From: Chrysomallon squamiferum
Lineage: Eukaryota > Animalia > Mollusca
Direction: 5' to 3'
Assembly: GCA_012295275.1 (NCBI GenBank)
Contig: CM022675.1
Coordinates: forward strand, 10,788,001-10,852,000
Length of the DNA stretch: 64,000 nt
Part shown: piece after piece, positions 1-13,513 of the stretch
Layout: each line of letters opens with the position of its first letter
Position numbering within the stretch: position 1 is the first letter of the stretch
Notes under the pieces: model-generated
The model's input: the letters and a program-made list of their open reading frames with translations, nothing else
Database searches by the model: none
What the model was told of the DNA's origin: nothing
Made by a program: the position numbers and the translations under genes

Positions 1-507
1 ACCGTCAACAACAATAAAATAATAAATAAAAAAAAAAAAAAAAAAAAAAAAAAATCAAATGTGAAATAAAACGAAACAATCGATAACAGAATGTATAATT
101 GGAAAACTAATTATAAATATTGAAAGCAAGAACAATTAGCTATGTTTATTTTAAAGATATACTAGAAGATAAATTAATGTACCTGTAACTGTTTATGTTT
201 AATTATAAGATATAATAACGCTCTGAATAATAATCAATATTTTACAAACTGCAGAAAAGAAATTCACCCGCATTTCATAAAAAGGTAATTACCAGAAAAT
301 TTGTTTTTTATTTATTTTATATTTTAAATAAAAATGAATAATCAAGAAATCCGGATATAATAAAAGGTGTGGCAGCTGTACGTATATAATTATACGGTTT
401 TGATATAAAGAAATAAACTAATATATAAATTAAATGAACCAACAAATAAGTATATTTAAATATATAAGTAAATAAATAAATGTAAAACATTTTTAATAGT
501 AATAGTA

Positions 508-566
<59 letters not shown>

Positions 567-570
567 AATA

Positions 571-610
<40 letters not shown>

Positions 611-633
611 CAATAAACAAGCGAAAAATGTCC

Positions 634-697
<64 letters not shown>

Positions 698-917
698 AAT
701 AAAAAGATAAAAAAAATAATTGCGTGTTTAGAGTCGCCTGAAGAATGATAAAACAAGTTAACTACTCAAATGCCTTTGTGTTGGGATACCAAATTATTTT
801 TTTTGTTGTTGTTGTTCTTCTTAAAATGTAATTATTTTTTACTGGTAATAGCATGCTGACATTAAATGTAGACATTTTTACAAAATTCCTTTCTAATTTA
901 TTATTTTTATTTATTAT

Positions 918-1035
918 TTATTTATTTATTTATTTATTTATCCCTTAGTTTATTTATTTATTTATTTATCCCTTAGTTTATTTATTTATTTATTTATTCC
1001 TTAGTTTATTTATTTATTTATTTATTTATTTATTA
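918..1035. repeat. 28-bp higher-order repeat built on (TTTA)n
   Basis: A CCTTAGT interruption recurs three times at a 28-bp period (~941, ~969, ~997) inside a TTTA tract. Confidence 0.8.
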
Positions 1036-1157
1036 TTATGAACAATTTATGTAAAAACTGAGATGTTTTAGAAATAAATAAATAAATAAATAAATAATAT
1101 AATATAAAATAAAATAAAATAAAATAAAAAATTAATGTTATCTATGTATAACTAAAT

Positions 1158-1208
<51 letters not shown>

Positions 1209-1931
1209 TGTAGTATTATTAGTATTAGAAGTAACAATAATAGTAATAATACTAACAGTAACAGTAATAGTAATAACAGTAACAGAAATAGCAGTAGTAA
1301 TAATTTATAGGAACATCAGAAGCAATAACACTTGATAGTTATAATAGTCATACCAGCAGCAGAAGTATTAGTACTTGTAGTAATAGTATTAGTAGCAGTC
1401 ACAGAAGCAGTAGCAGTAGTAGTTGTAGTAGTAGTGCATTAGTGTAATGTAATAAAGATTAATTGTAATAACAGTGGTAAAACCATCGGTATTGCTAATG
1501 TTCTTTCTCTTATTTCAATTATTACTGCAACACTACTAATTATTTCACTATTTTTAATACCTCAACCACAACGTCTTAACCATTACAGCAACTACTAACA
1601 CTGCCACTGCAACCTGTTGCTGCTACTTCAACTACTGCGGCTGCTTTTCCTATTATTAAAATTTCTATTCATGATAATTAAAACAACTTATTTTATTATG
1701 TTTTCTTCGCGCATATGAAATAAATTTACATATTAAAAAGAGATTTTTTATTAATGGTCTGATTTACATATATATATATATGAATGCAAAAAAAATATAT
1801 AACAAATGCAATCATGATAATAATATTATTTGAAACCTTTCACAGTATGTATATGATAAACTAAGCCATTTATTTCAGCCATAAATGTTTAACAAATTTA
1901 ATACATATTTTTTGTAACTCAGTATTTTAAT

Positions 1932-2023
<92 letters not shown>

Positions 2024-2772
2024 CATGAAATAAACAATTTATTTTTTGATAGCTTTTATTTATTAGATTAGTATATATTTTAACGTGCATTTATGAAAAT
2101 ATGTCATAACTAACATGATAATATAAGCATTATTTACTTTTTATTTATATATCTGTTAACTGTAAATATTTCATATCCAGTTACAACAATTAATTTTTCA
2201 AATTTTATCTCTATATTTATTTATGTATAATCCCTATACAGTACCATTCTACTACAACAACAACAATTACTACTACTACTTCTACCACGACAACCCCTAC
2301 TACTTCTACTACAACTACAATTACTACTACTGCTACAACTATTACTACTATTACTACTATAACTATTACCACTACTACAATTTCTACTATTATACTATTA
2401 CTATTACTTCTACTATAATTATTACTACTACTACTACTGAAATTACTAAGATTATTATTGTTACTACAACAACTACTACTACTGCTGTTGCTGCTGCTAC
2501 TAGTATTAGCACTACTACTTAGATTAGCCATTTACACAGGAAAGTAATTTAACCATTTAACCTAAATTAAATATGTTGAAATAAAAAAAAAAAAAAAAAA
2601 AAAAAAAAAAGAAGAAGATGAAGAAGAAAAAAGTTGTATTAAATATATACAGTATACTTAGAAGTGTTGATTTGTCAGATATGATTACAATATAATAAGG
2701 GTCTATTTTGTGGTGGTTTCTAAAATTTCTTCTTCTTTTTTTTTTCTTCTGCTATTGCAACTACTATTATTG

Positions 2773-2829
<57 letters not shown>

Positions 2830-3047
2830 TTACTGCTAATACTATTACTACCACTGCTATAATAATAATAATGATGATGATGATGATAATAATAATAATA
2901 ATAATAATAATGATAACAACAATAACAACAACAGTAATAACAATAATAATACTAGTAATAATAATAATACTTACCGTACTGGTAATATTCGAGCCTACAA
3001 TACATTTTTAAAATCACGTGACAACATTTGTCGTTTCTTCAGACATT

Positions 3048-3116
3048 ACGCGGTACTCCGCAAATACGAATTTGTCGCTATGACGTCACACAAATTCGGA
3101 TCTACAGGGTAAGCGC
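3048..3116 (-). ncRNA. mir-10: microRNA miR-10 precursor hairpin
   Basis: Minus strand 3111-3089 reads UACCCUGUAGAUCCGAAUUUGUG, the canonical miR-10-5p. The 3p arm at 3074-3052 reads CAAAUUCGUAUUUGCGGAGUACC. It pairs with 20 of the first 22 5p bases (counting G:U and the A at 3075), with a 2-nt 3' overhang. Loop ~UGACGUCAUAGCG. Same strand as Scr and 3' of it, the known syntenic position. Confidence 0.97.
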
Positions 3117-3292
3117 AAAGCCGAATAGTCTTTTTTCAAAAAAATTCTCCTTCTTTGTCTACTTTTCTTCTTCGTCTACTTCACTGCAATGTTAGTCAGT
3201 CCTGCTCGTTTTGGTCATAGCTTGTGATCGTGACTGCATCAATCTTCTTCTTACCTTCGTTCCATTTGGAAATGTGACTGTTGTCGAATACA

Positions 3293-3342
<50 letters not shown>

Positions 3343-3419
3343 CATATACATACATATATATACCTGTTCGATATATTTCCCGTATTACACAGCGTTCCAA
3401 ATTAAGGAAAGAGATACTT

Positions 3420-3640
3420 CGTTATCATCAGCCATAAAATCAAATAATCCAACTGTTTGTGAGAAATGCGGTACGTTTCACTCCCTTTCGTGCAGTCCGT
3501 TCAACTTTGTTTCCAAGTCGAACTGGCCCGGATACTTCGGATCACAAAATTTATCCAGCAGACAACGTCTTTTCTGATATACCGTAATGGCGGCCGATTC
3601 TCCGATGACGTCAGAGGTCGACTAACCCAGCACTGGAAGA
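3420..3640 (-). promoter_or_regulatory. Candidate proximal promoter of pri-miR-10
   Basis: CpG-rich island ~0.3-0.5 kb upstream of the hairpin, with a perfect CRE TGACGTCA (3606-3613), a YY1-like AATGGCGGC (3586-3594) and a CCATAAAA homeodomain site (~3432). Confidence 0.45.
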
Positions 3641-3846
3641 AGAAGGGGAAAAAAAAAAAAAAAAAAAAAAAAAAATTAGTGACAGAACAATAAAAGGTGT
3701 TTGCATACAGATAGTTTTAGGTCTTCTAGTATTTCGCTATATAATTGTTGGTTGTAAGCGGAGCGTACAAACACTGGATGTAAATTTTATTCGCATTGAC
3801 ATGTCTAACGATAGTTTTACAAACCAGGCTGAGCCGCCTTATTTCT

Positions 3847-3888
<42 letters not shown>

Positions 3889-4050
3889 CTCTCTCTTGTG
3901 TTTTATATCAACCGGATATCGTCTGCTTACAGCGCGAAGTACTGGAAACGAGGTTTTTATTCTCCTCCTCACCCTTCTAATGTCAGGAAGTTTCTGATTT
4001 GCTGAACCTTGTTTTAATTAATATGTGCGAGTTCTCTCTCTGTGTCTCTC

Positions 4051-4127
<77 letters not shown>

Positions 4128-4529
4128 AAATAAATAAATAGTTTAGCATAAAAAAAAAAAAAAAATAAAAAATAATTCAAAATAAAATTCAAAAAAATAA
4201 AAATAAATACATAAATAAAAAAAAGGTGTGCAAAGGTGTCCTATCTCATTCGTAAATCGCTTTCTCTCGCAGTTCATTCACCTACACGTGTATATGCACA
4301 TTGCTGTTGATAAGCAGAAGATATTTGGCGTCTGCGAGAGATATTTAATGCCAATGTAGACCAGAAAGTGTCTGGCCAATTATTCTAGTTAAACATAATG
4401 TTGAATGTAGAGATATTTTGTAAGGTTTCAGTTTAACAGAGAAGCGCGCACATACACTCACATACGCACAGAAAGCAAACATAAAGATATAAACGCATGA
4501 TACAAACGCAACAAATGCAATATTCATGT

Positions 4530-4575
<46 letters not shown>

Positions 4576-4736
4576 ACACACACTAACATACAAAAACAGA
4601 AATGGAAACAGAAGAATGTAAATTACTCGTATGGTTAGATTGCTTTATAAACAGGCAGGTAGAAAGAGTGAGAGATAATCAGTTGGACAGGAATGTATGT
4701 TACTAGATAGATGAACAGATTGATATATACGTGTAC

Positions 4737-4769
<33 letters not shown>

Positions 4770-4918
4770 GAGATAGAGAGAGACAGACAGAAAGATAGAT
4801 AGATAGCTAGATAGATAGATATATAGATAGGAGAAGCTAAAAAGATGGTTAAAAATTATTAACCCTACTACTATTACCACAACTACGACAACCTGTACCA
4901 CCACCATTACTACTACTG

Positions 4919-4977
<59 letters not shown>

Positions 4978-5024
4978 GTTAATGATAATAATAAATAAAT
5001 AAATAATAAATGAATTTCGGGACA

Positions 5025-5117
<93 letters not shown>

Positions 5118-5623
5118 GAACCACAACAAGAAGAAAAATTAAACAAAGAAAATGTATGTATGTATGTATGTATTTAAAGGTGATATTTGTATACTTAATA
5201 TATCAGAATAAATAATAGCTGTTTTTTTTAGAAAAGAACTACAATTAACTTCACTATATGCACCTAAACATGGCTGTGATGTATTTAGATTTGGGGAGTT
5301 TTAGCACAAACACTTAAACAATGACATTCAAATATATTATTCTCTGGTGCTGTGCATGTTTTAAGGCCGTTTAACAACCCAAAGTAAAGGATAGAAGAAA
5401 TACTTAACCTACAATAAAATAACTTTTTTTTAGGAAACATAGTTAACATATTTTTAAAGTCATATATTTGTGGACATATATTTTTATTTAAAAATTTAAC
5501 TGATTGTTAAAAAATAGATATATACTGCAAAATAAGATTAACATTTAGTCAATACCTTTAAGTAAAATAAATATAATATATATATAATTGACAGAAATAG
5601 TTCCACCAACTGAATAATAAATG

Positions 5624-5667
<44 letters not shown>

Positions 5668-5984
5668 AAACGGAAAAAATAAAACAAAAGCAAAGCAAAA
5701 AGAAAACAATAATAATAACAGAACAAAAACAACAACAGAAAACCCCAAATAACAATAATAAACAAACAAACAAAATTATTTTTAAAAATATTTTTAACAT
5801 TCATCTAAACATACCCTCACATGTACAATTATATATAAGGCACATTCATATTATCTTTGATAAATTGATAATAATCATGACAACTACAGCAACAGCAACA
5901 CCCAAAACTCTACTGCTGCTACTACTGCTACTACTACCACCACCACCACCAATACTACTAATATTTCTACTGATAACGATGATG

Positions 5985-6018
<34 letters not shown>

Positions 6019-6550
6019 CAACAACAACAATACTACTATTACTACTACGACTAATAATAATAACAAAATAAATAAATAAATAAATAAATAAGTAAATAAA
6101 TAAATAAATAAGTAAGTAAATAAATAAATAAATAAATAAAATAAGAAAGAAAGAAACTAAAAAAAAAAAAAACCTGTCTTACGAAGAGGTTATTAAATAG
6201 AACTTACGTTCAAATTTTATCTCGACATCTGCTTTCTAAAACAGGCAGAAACTATCGATTAACCGAGGCACACTGCACTTTTTCATATTCGATTCTCTTA
6301 TTTATGCATTCATCGCAGTGTTGAGACGTAATAAAAACAAGGCTTGAATTACCTGTTGCCTGATGCCACAAGTCACGAAGCAATGGAAATTGCGATTTAA
6401 AAAAGAATATATGTATATATAAATATATATATATATATATAACAGTAAATTTTAAAATTCATTCAACGCCCAAGCGGTGTAGCCTAAAATAGTTCCTTTT
6501 AAGATTTTTAATACGTAAAAAAAAGAGAAATACAAAAAACCCACCCCCCC

Positions 6551-6609
<59 letters not shown>

Positions 6610-7008
6610 AAAATTAAAAAAAAATAATATAAATAATTAAAAAGAAAAAGAAGAAAAAAAGATAGATAAAGAATTATACTCAAACACACCTACACTTTTA
6701 TTTAAATTATTTTTAATGATAAAGATGAAAACATTTTTTAAAATGATTAATCATAGATATAATTTATAAACACGTTCTTTAAGTTGTCTTTTATTTTAAA
6801 ATAGTGAAAACTTCATAAAATTTTAAATTTAAATGTTATGTATACAGTTTATTAGTATATAAAATATTATTTCTACATTTTTTACATATTTTTCTCCTAA
6901 AATGAATGAAGTGTTTTAATTACTGCCGAATACTAATAAAATAGTGAAAATGAAACAACTGAAGGTGTAAGTTTATTTAATTTATCTATTAATTATTTAA
7001 TTACTTAG

Positions 7009-7059
<51 letters not shown>

Positions 7060-7128
7060 AAATAAATGTAAATCTATTTAAACAACAAAGTAAGAAGGGA
7101 ATATCAATGGTTAAATGTTCAAAGGGCA

Positions 7129-7240
7129 AAATGTCAACAGTCAAAATATAAGTGGGCCAAATGTCAACAGTCATAATATAAGTGGACCAAATGTCAACAG
7201 TCAAAATATAAGTGAACCAAATGTCAACAGTGAAAATATG
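7129..7240. repeat. 30-bp minisatellite, ~3.7 copies
   Basis: Unit AAATGTCAACAGTCAAAATATAAGTGGGCC starts at 7129, 7159 and 7189, with a partial copy at 7219 and a degenerate copy just upstream. Confidence 0.9.
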
Positions 7241-7446
7241 AACTGCTAAACCAGTATCACACTAACCTGAAACATTAAACTAAATGTTCTCTTCGATCCT
7301 TCAAAGTTTTCAACATATTAATTTTTTCTTTCTCTTTATCTCTTTGTCTGTGCCTATTTGCATATGTCTTGATGTGTGTGCGTGCGTGTGTGCGCGTGAG
7401 TATCTTTGAGTGAATGTTTGCATGAATGAATGTATGTATGTTGTAC

Positions 7447-7490
<44 letters not shown>

Positions 7491-8689
7491 ATAAACATAT
7501 ATATACATATATATAGGCAAAATAATGTCCTTATTTTAAATAACAAGCAGGAGAAAATTATATTTTATTAAACACACACACACACACACACACACACAGT
7601 GAAATTGTAGTAGAAGCAGTAGTAAGAATAATTTAAAAAAATAAATAAATAAAAGCAGTAATAGTAATATACATACAACAACAACAGAAACTAAATAATT
7701 AACTAATTAGTAACGCATACCTCTTTGTAATCGCCTATCCCGCTCATTTCTCGGTTAATCAATAAAACCGTAAAAAAAAAAAAAAAAATCCTTTATTTTC
7801 TCGAACAAGAGAACAAATTGATTTCAAGGCTTCAGTGACGCGCTTTCCAGAAAAAAAAAAAAAAAAAAAAAGAAATCCTCTACCTTGCGTCTTATTAACA
7901 GAAATGTTTCCTTCTCTACTAAACCCTCTCGCAAGAGTTCACGATAAAACGTACACATCCCAGCTGATTTCCCCAGCAATAAATCGCCCGGGAACTTTGC
8001 CCCGGCATAAAATTCTTTTGATAACGATTCCTACGTTTTCGTTCCTAATCTAAGCGTCTTGCAGTTTTGTCTCATTCGTCCTGTTTCGCGAAGAACCGCA
8101 GAATCTAGGGATTCCCCGATTTCAACCAAAAAAAAACAACCGAGCTTATAAATTTATTTCGTGCAGATATTCTGCCCTGCCAGCTGTAAGGTGCCCCCCC
8201 CTCCCACCCCCCTACTTAACGCCCCCCCCTTCAGTTTTCTGACTGTGATACGTTTCGGTACATGTCTGTCACTATTCAGCAAATCTTGTTTATTTCAAGA
8301 CACGCGAAATGTAAGCAAAAGGTAAGACAGACTGAACTCACCAGAGTTAGGAGTTCACATGGTTTTTTGAGAAGTGTTGTCTGCGTTAGATATTACTGAT
8401 TAAAAAAAAAATAATAATAAGAAGAAGAAGAAGAAGAAGAAGAAGAAAGTTGAAATAAGTCATTAAAACGAGAGAGAGAGAAAAATTTTGAAAAAAAAAA
8501 CCAAAAAGAAAAAAAAAATTCGAATAAAATAAAGATATTCTGTATTTAACAGTTACGTTTATACATGTCGGAAGATGCAATCACTTGTTATATTTAAAGG
8601 TTCTTTGATATTTTTTCTTTCTTCCTTCCTTCATTCTCTTTCTTTCTTTCTTTTTTTTTTCATTTTTGTGTGCCTTCTTGTTTTTCCAT

Positions 8690-8732
<43 letters not shown>

Positions 8733-9525
8733 CCTCCATTGCGGTTGTCATATCACTTGTTTGCTTTTCGTATTTAAATTAAAAAAATAACGCTAGCATA
8801 CTAACTTCTTTATATCATATATGATATTAATCTATTTATTTATCTATCTATTTATCCATTTATTTATTTATCTATGTATTTATTTATTTATATTTATTTA
8901 TCTATCTATCTATTTCAAGCCGACATCCCCAGTTATTTTAAAGAATAATAAAAGAAATTTGGCAGACTGTGGCGGTTTCTTTTACACATTCGTAGCATCT
9001 GGTTTTAAGTTCTTCCAAGTTTTCTAACGGTTAATCATAAAGAAACCTTGCGTAAATGTCATATCTAATTTTACTCATCGAGCTTAATTGGCAGCAGTCG
9101 GAATATTCCGTTGCAAACTTCGGAAAACTCCGGTCATCTTCGCCAACATTTTCGCCGAGATGGAAACCCCGTGACGTATTTTTGCATAGTCGTCTCAGTA
9201 TTATGAGAATAAAGATTGTCTCGCGCCTTTTGTTATTTAGGATTATTCCGTTAACGTGAAACAAGGCTAGTCTAGTCTTTCAGATACGTGTGTGGATAAA
9301 TAATAAATGATTGAAAACAACAAGCAAACAAATAGATAGAGATATAGATAGATATGATAGAGAGATATCGTCATCTACAGCAGTTGCAAAATGACAATAA
9401 ATACAACAACAACAGCAGCAGCAGCAGCAGCAACAACAACAACAACAACGATAACAACAATAATAATAATATCATCGTCATCATCATCATCATCATTATC
9501 ACTAACGTCAAAGTGACTTCATACA

Positions 9526-9801
9526 CAGGGTTGGATTTAATGTGCTTGCCCCCCATAGGCTAAAGACATTTTACCGCCCCCTCCTCAAGGCTCAAGTCCC
9601 CCTCACCCTTCCCACTTTGTTTATATAACATGAATGGTTATAAATTATGATCTAGTTGAAAGCAAAAACCTGGTTTTACGTTTACATAATGATTTATTTA
9701 TAAATCAAATGTGAAAATACGAATTTATGTAACATAAACTGCGGCCCTTATCATCCTGCCGCCCTAGGAGGCTCTAGCCTAGAATGGGAAATCCAGCCCT
9801 G
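9526..9801. mobile_element. Non-autonomous DNA transposon (MITE), hAT-like, 276 bp
   Basis: 13-bp terminal inverted repeats CAGGGTTGGATTT (9526-9538) and AAATCCAGCCCTG (9789-9801), one mismatch. GC-rich subterminal GCCCC/GCCGCCC motifs flank an AT-rich core. The 8-bp flanks TTCATACA and ATCACAGA match at 5 of 8 positions (a decayed TSD at best). Confidence 0.7.
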
Positions 9802-9988
9802 ATCACAGACGTCATCATCATCATCACATTATTGAACAGCAACGTCCACAGCTGTAACTGTGTAACTGCAGGACAACAGATACTGCATATCAATGACACG
9901 AGCCTCTATGTTATTCCATCACTGTGGCAATGACTTGACACAAAATATTTGAAACTTTAATCGAAGAAATATAGAGATACAAGGCTTG

Positions 9989-10450
<462 letters not shown>

Positions 10451-10464
10451 CCTCTCTCCGGCCT

Positions 10465-10935
10465 TTACTACTATGTTGCTGTTACTACTTCTTTTACTAC
10501 TACAACGAATGTTGTTACTACTACATTTACAATATCCCAAACTATTATTGCAACGGCTGCTGCTTTTGCAACTACTGCTGCTGCTACTACTATCATTACT
10601 ATTACTACCGCTACAGCTACGACTACTACAAGTACTACGACTACTACTACTACGATTACTACTACTAATAGAACTACAACCACTGTCATTACAACTACTT
10701 GTACTTCTTGTACTTCTACTACTACTTCTACTACCGCTAACCCCTACCATCTACTATTACTACTACTACTACAGTAGTAGTATTATTACTACTACTACTA
10801 CCCACCACTACTACAACAACAATTACTGTTACTACTACTACTACTATTATTATTATTATTACTACTACCACTACTACAACAACAACTACTGTTACCACTA
10901 CTACTACTACTACTATTACTACTACCACTGCTATT
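10465..10935. repeat. Degenerate (ACT/ACA/ATT)n trinucleotide tract
   Basis: Cryptically simple 3-bp periodic sequence. Similar tracts occur at ~1210-1660, 2240-2520, 25985-26370, 37700-38140, 53570-53920 and 60060-60400. Confidence 0.85.
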
Positions 10936-11432
10936 TCTAGGAACACTCAAAACGATTCGATCTCTGCCTGCAACTGTTAGGCTTGGTTAACGATCATGTA
11001 TTTATCATATACAGATCTAAATATACTAAAATGTCTGACCGGGTCAGTGTATACCTATCAGTGATCCATCTCAGTGTACCAGCCACTGGTCAGTCCGTGG
11101 ATTAGCACCTTTCAAGGCAACGGTGACCATCAGTGACCACTGGTAGTTTAGATTTTACGGGTGCATAGCTCAAGGTAATAGTGACCTAGAACAACAGTGT
11201 ACGGTTATGGTCGTATTTTCAAACCTGGACTTGTAAAGAGATGTGATGTAATTTGTTTTAGTATTGATTCTGTTGTTCATAATTTATATCGTTATTTTTC
11301 TTTCAAGCGTTCTTCCATCCTGTTTTGTAACTTGTATTTCTAATATTTTTTTCTTAGCAGCTTTTATATTTATTTCTTTCATCTTTTCTTTATCTGTTTT
11401 TCTATCCACTTTTCTCTCTATATACATCTGAT

Positions 11433-11505
<73 letters not shown>

Positions 11506-11813
11506 CGTCTGTCTAAATTTTTAACACTGCCATAGAAGATAACAATAATTTTCGTAGGGTCCCCATAATTGTTCAAGTTTCAAGGGCCTAGACTATTCAG
11601 AATAATAATAATAATAATTAAAAAAAAAAAATAAATAAATAAATAAAACATAAAAAAAATATATATATATATAAAAAAAAAAATAAAAATAATAATAATA
11701 ATAAAAAAGAAATGAAAATCTTAGGAAATGTAAATAGAATTAAATAAAAACAATTTAACCTTCAGAAATATTTGCACCAAAATTTTAAACTTTTTCAGTA
11801 TTTCAATTATTCG

Positions 11814-11865
<52 letters not shown>

Positions 11866-12559
11866 CTTTTCAATATATATATATTTGTTCTAGTATTGTT
11901 CTGTAAGGACTCAGGTGATAGAATCACGCGGTTTTTGTTGTTTTGTCGTGCTATTATTATGCTAATTAGACTGTCAGGTTACCTCATTACGTTCTTGACT
12001 CGACCTGTGATTTATCTCTTTCGATCTATCGGTTCACGTGCATTGCGTGTGCTTTGTAAGTAATTGAATCTTTTTGCGTTCATATTCTACACATTCAGTC
12101 AGGCTATACACCACTGAAAACGCGATTATGTTCTGAAGGTTAAAGCACATTTGTCATGTTATGTAAGCTGGGGTCATGGGACCGGTACAAGGGAATCGCA
12201 TTAGCTAAGCATTTATTCACTTGGATAAATCTTCTTTTGTGATTTGTGTTGTTGTTGTTATTGTTGTTGTTGTTGTTGTTATTATTATTACTGTTATAGT
12301 TATTATTTTTAATTATTGTTGTTGCTGTTGCTGTTATTGATATTGTTATTATTAACTTATTATTATTATTATTATTATTATTATTTTGTGGTAGTAGTAG
12401 TAGTGGTAGTAGCAGTAGTAGATGTTGTGGTAGTAGCAGTAGTAGATGTTGTAGTAGTAGAAGTAGTAGTTGTAGTAATAGTAGTAGCATTTTTGTTGTT
12501 CATATTATTATTACTGTTGTTTTTGTAATTATTTTATTATAATTTTATCCTTATAACGA

Positions 12560-12590
<31 letters not shown>

Positions 12591-12820
12591 ACAAAATAAG
12601 ACGAAACGAAACCAAAAAGAAATCATGATATCATCACCATGCATACAAAGTACAAGAAAAAAAATTAATTTATGCAAACACAAAAGGTCGTTTTGTCTCG
12701 GGTCGTATTTATCGTATCTTTCCCTCGTCTTTTCATTTGATTTATTCTTTGTTATTTTTTATATTATTTTTTTTTCTTTGTCTTTTTTTTTTTATTGTTT
12801 TACAGTTTTGTAGATTACAT

Positions 12821-12875
<55 letters not shown>

Positions 12876-13447
12876 TTTTATTTTGAATACTTTTTATTTT
12901 TTTTAGTCCTGTAACTTTAAAAAAAATATAAAAATCATCATTATCTATTTGATTTCATTTCATTTTCTGATCTACTTTTCTTTTTTCTATTTCTTTCTTT
13001 TCTTTCATTTTTCCCCCCTTTCTTTTTATCTTTTTTCCCCTCTTTTTTGTTTAATTTTATTCACAGTATAATTTATGTTAGGACACTAAACAAGTCCAGA
13101 CCTGATTTTAATATTACGTTTACAGATTATACATTTTTTTTCTTTTCTTTTGCTCTTCTTTCTTTCCTTCCTTTGTTTCATATAAAATACAGCCATATAA
13201 TACTAAACACACTTTTTTTTTATATCACATTATTTTTATTGACTAACAAGCCATTGCAAATATTAAAGTGTGATAATCAGATTAGTAACACTGTACACAT
13301 TTTATGTTTGTTGAAAGGTTTTTTTTTCTTCTTTTTAAAAATGATATCATTACATTAAGAAACGAAAAAGTATAGTAATAGTAGTAGTAGTAGTAGTAAT
13401 AATAATAATAATAACGACAACAATACTACTACTAGTACTACTACAAC

Positions 13448-13513
<66 letters not shown>

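Noticed and set aside
1-3000. Dfd/Hox4 coding exon downstream of miR-10
   Set aside because: No YPWM, homeobox or LPNTK-encoding sequence was seen. If the gene exists it lies outside the window.
7129-7240. CRISPR-like array
   Set aside because: Head-to-tail tandem units without unique spacers, in a eukaryotic context with no cas genes.
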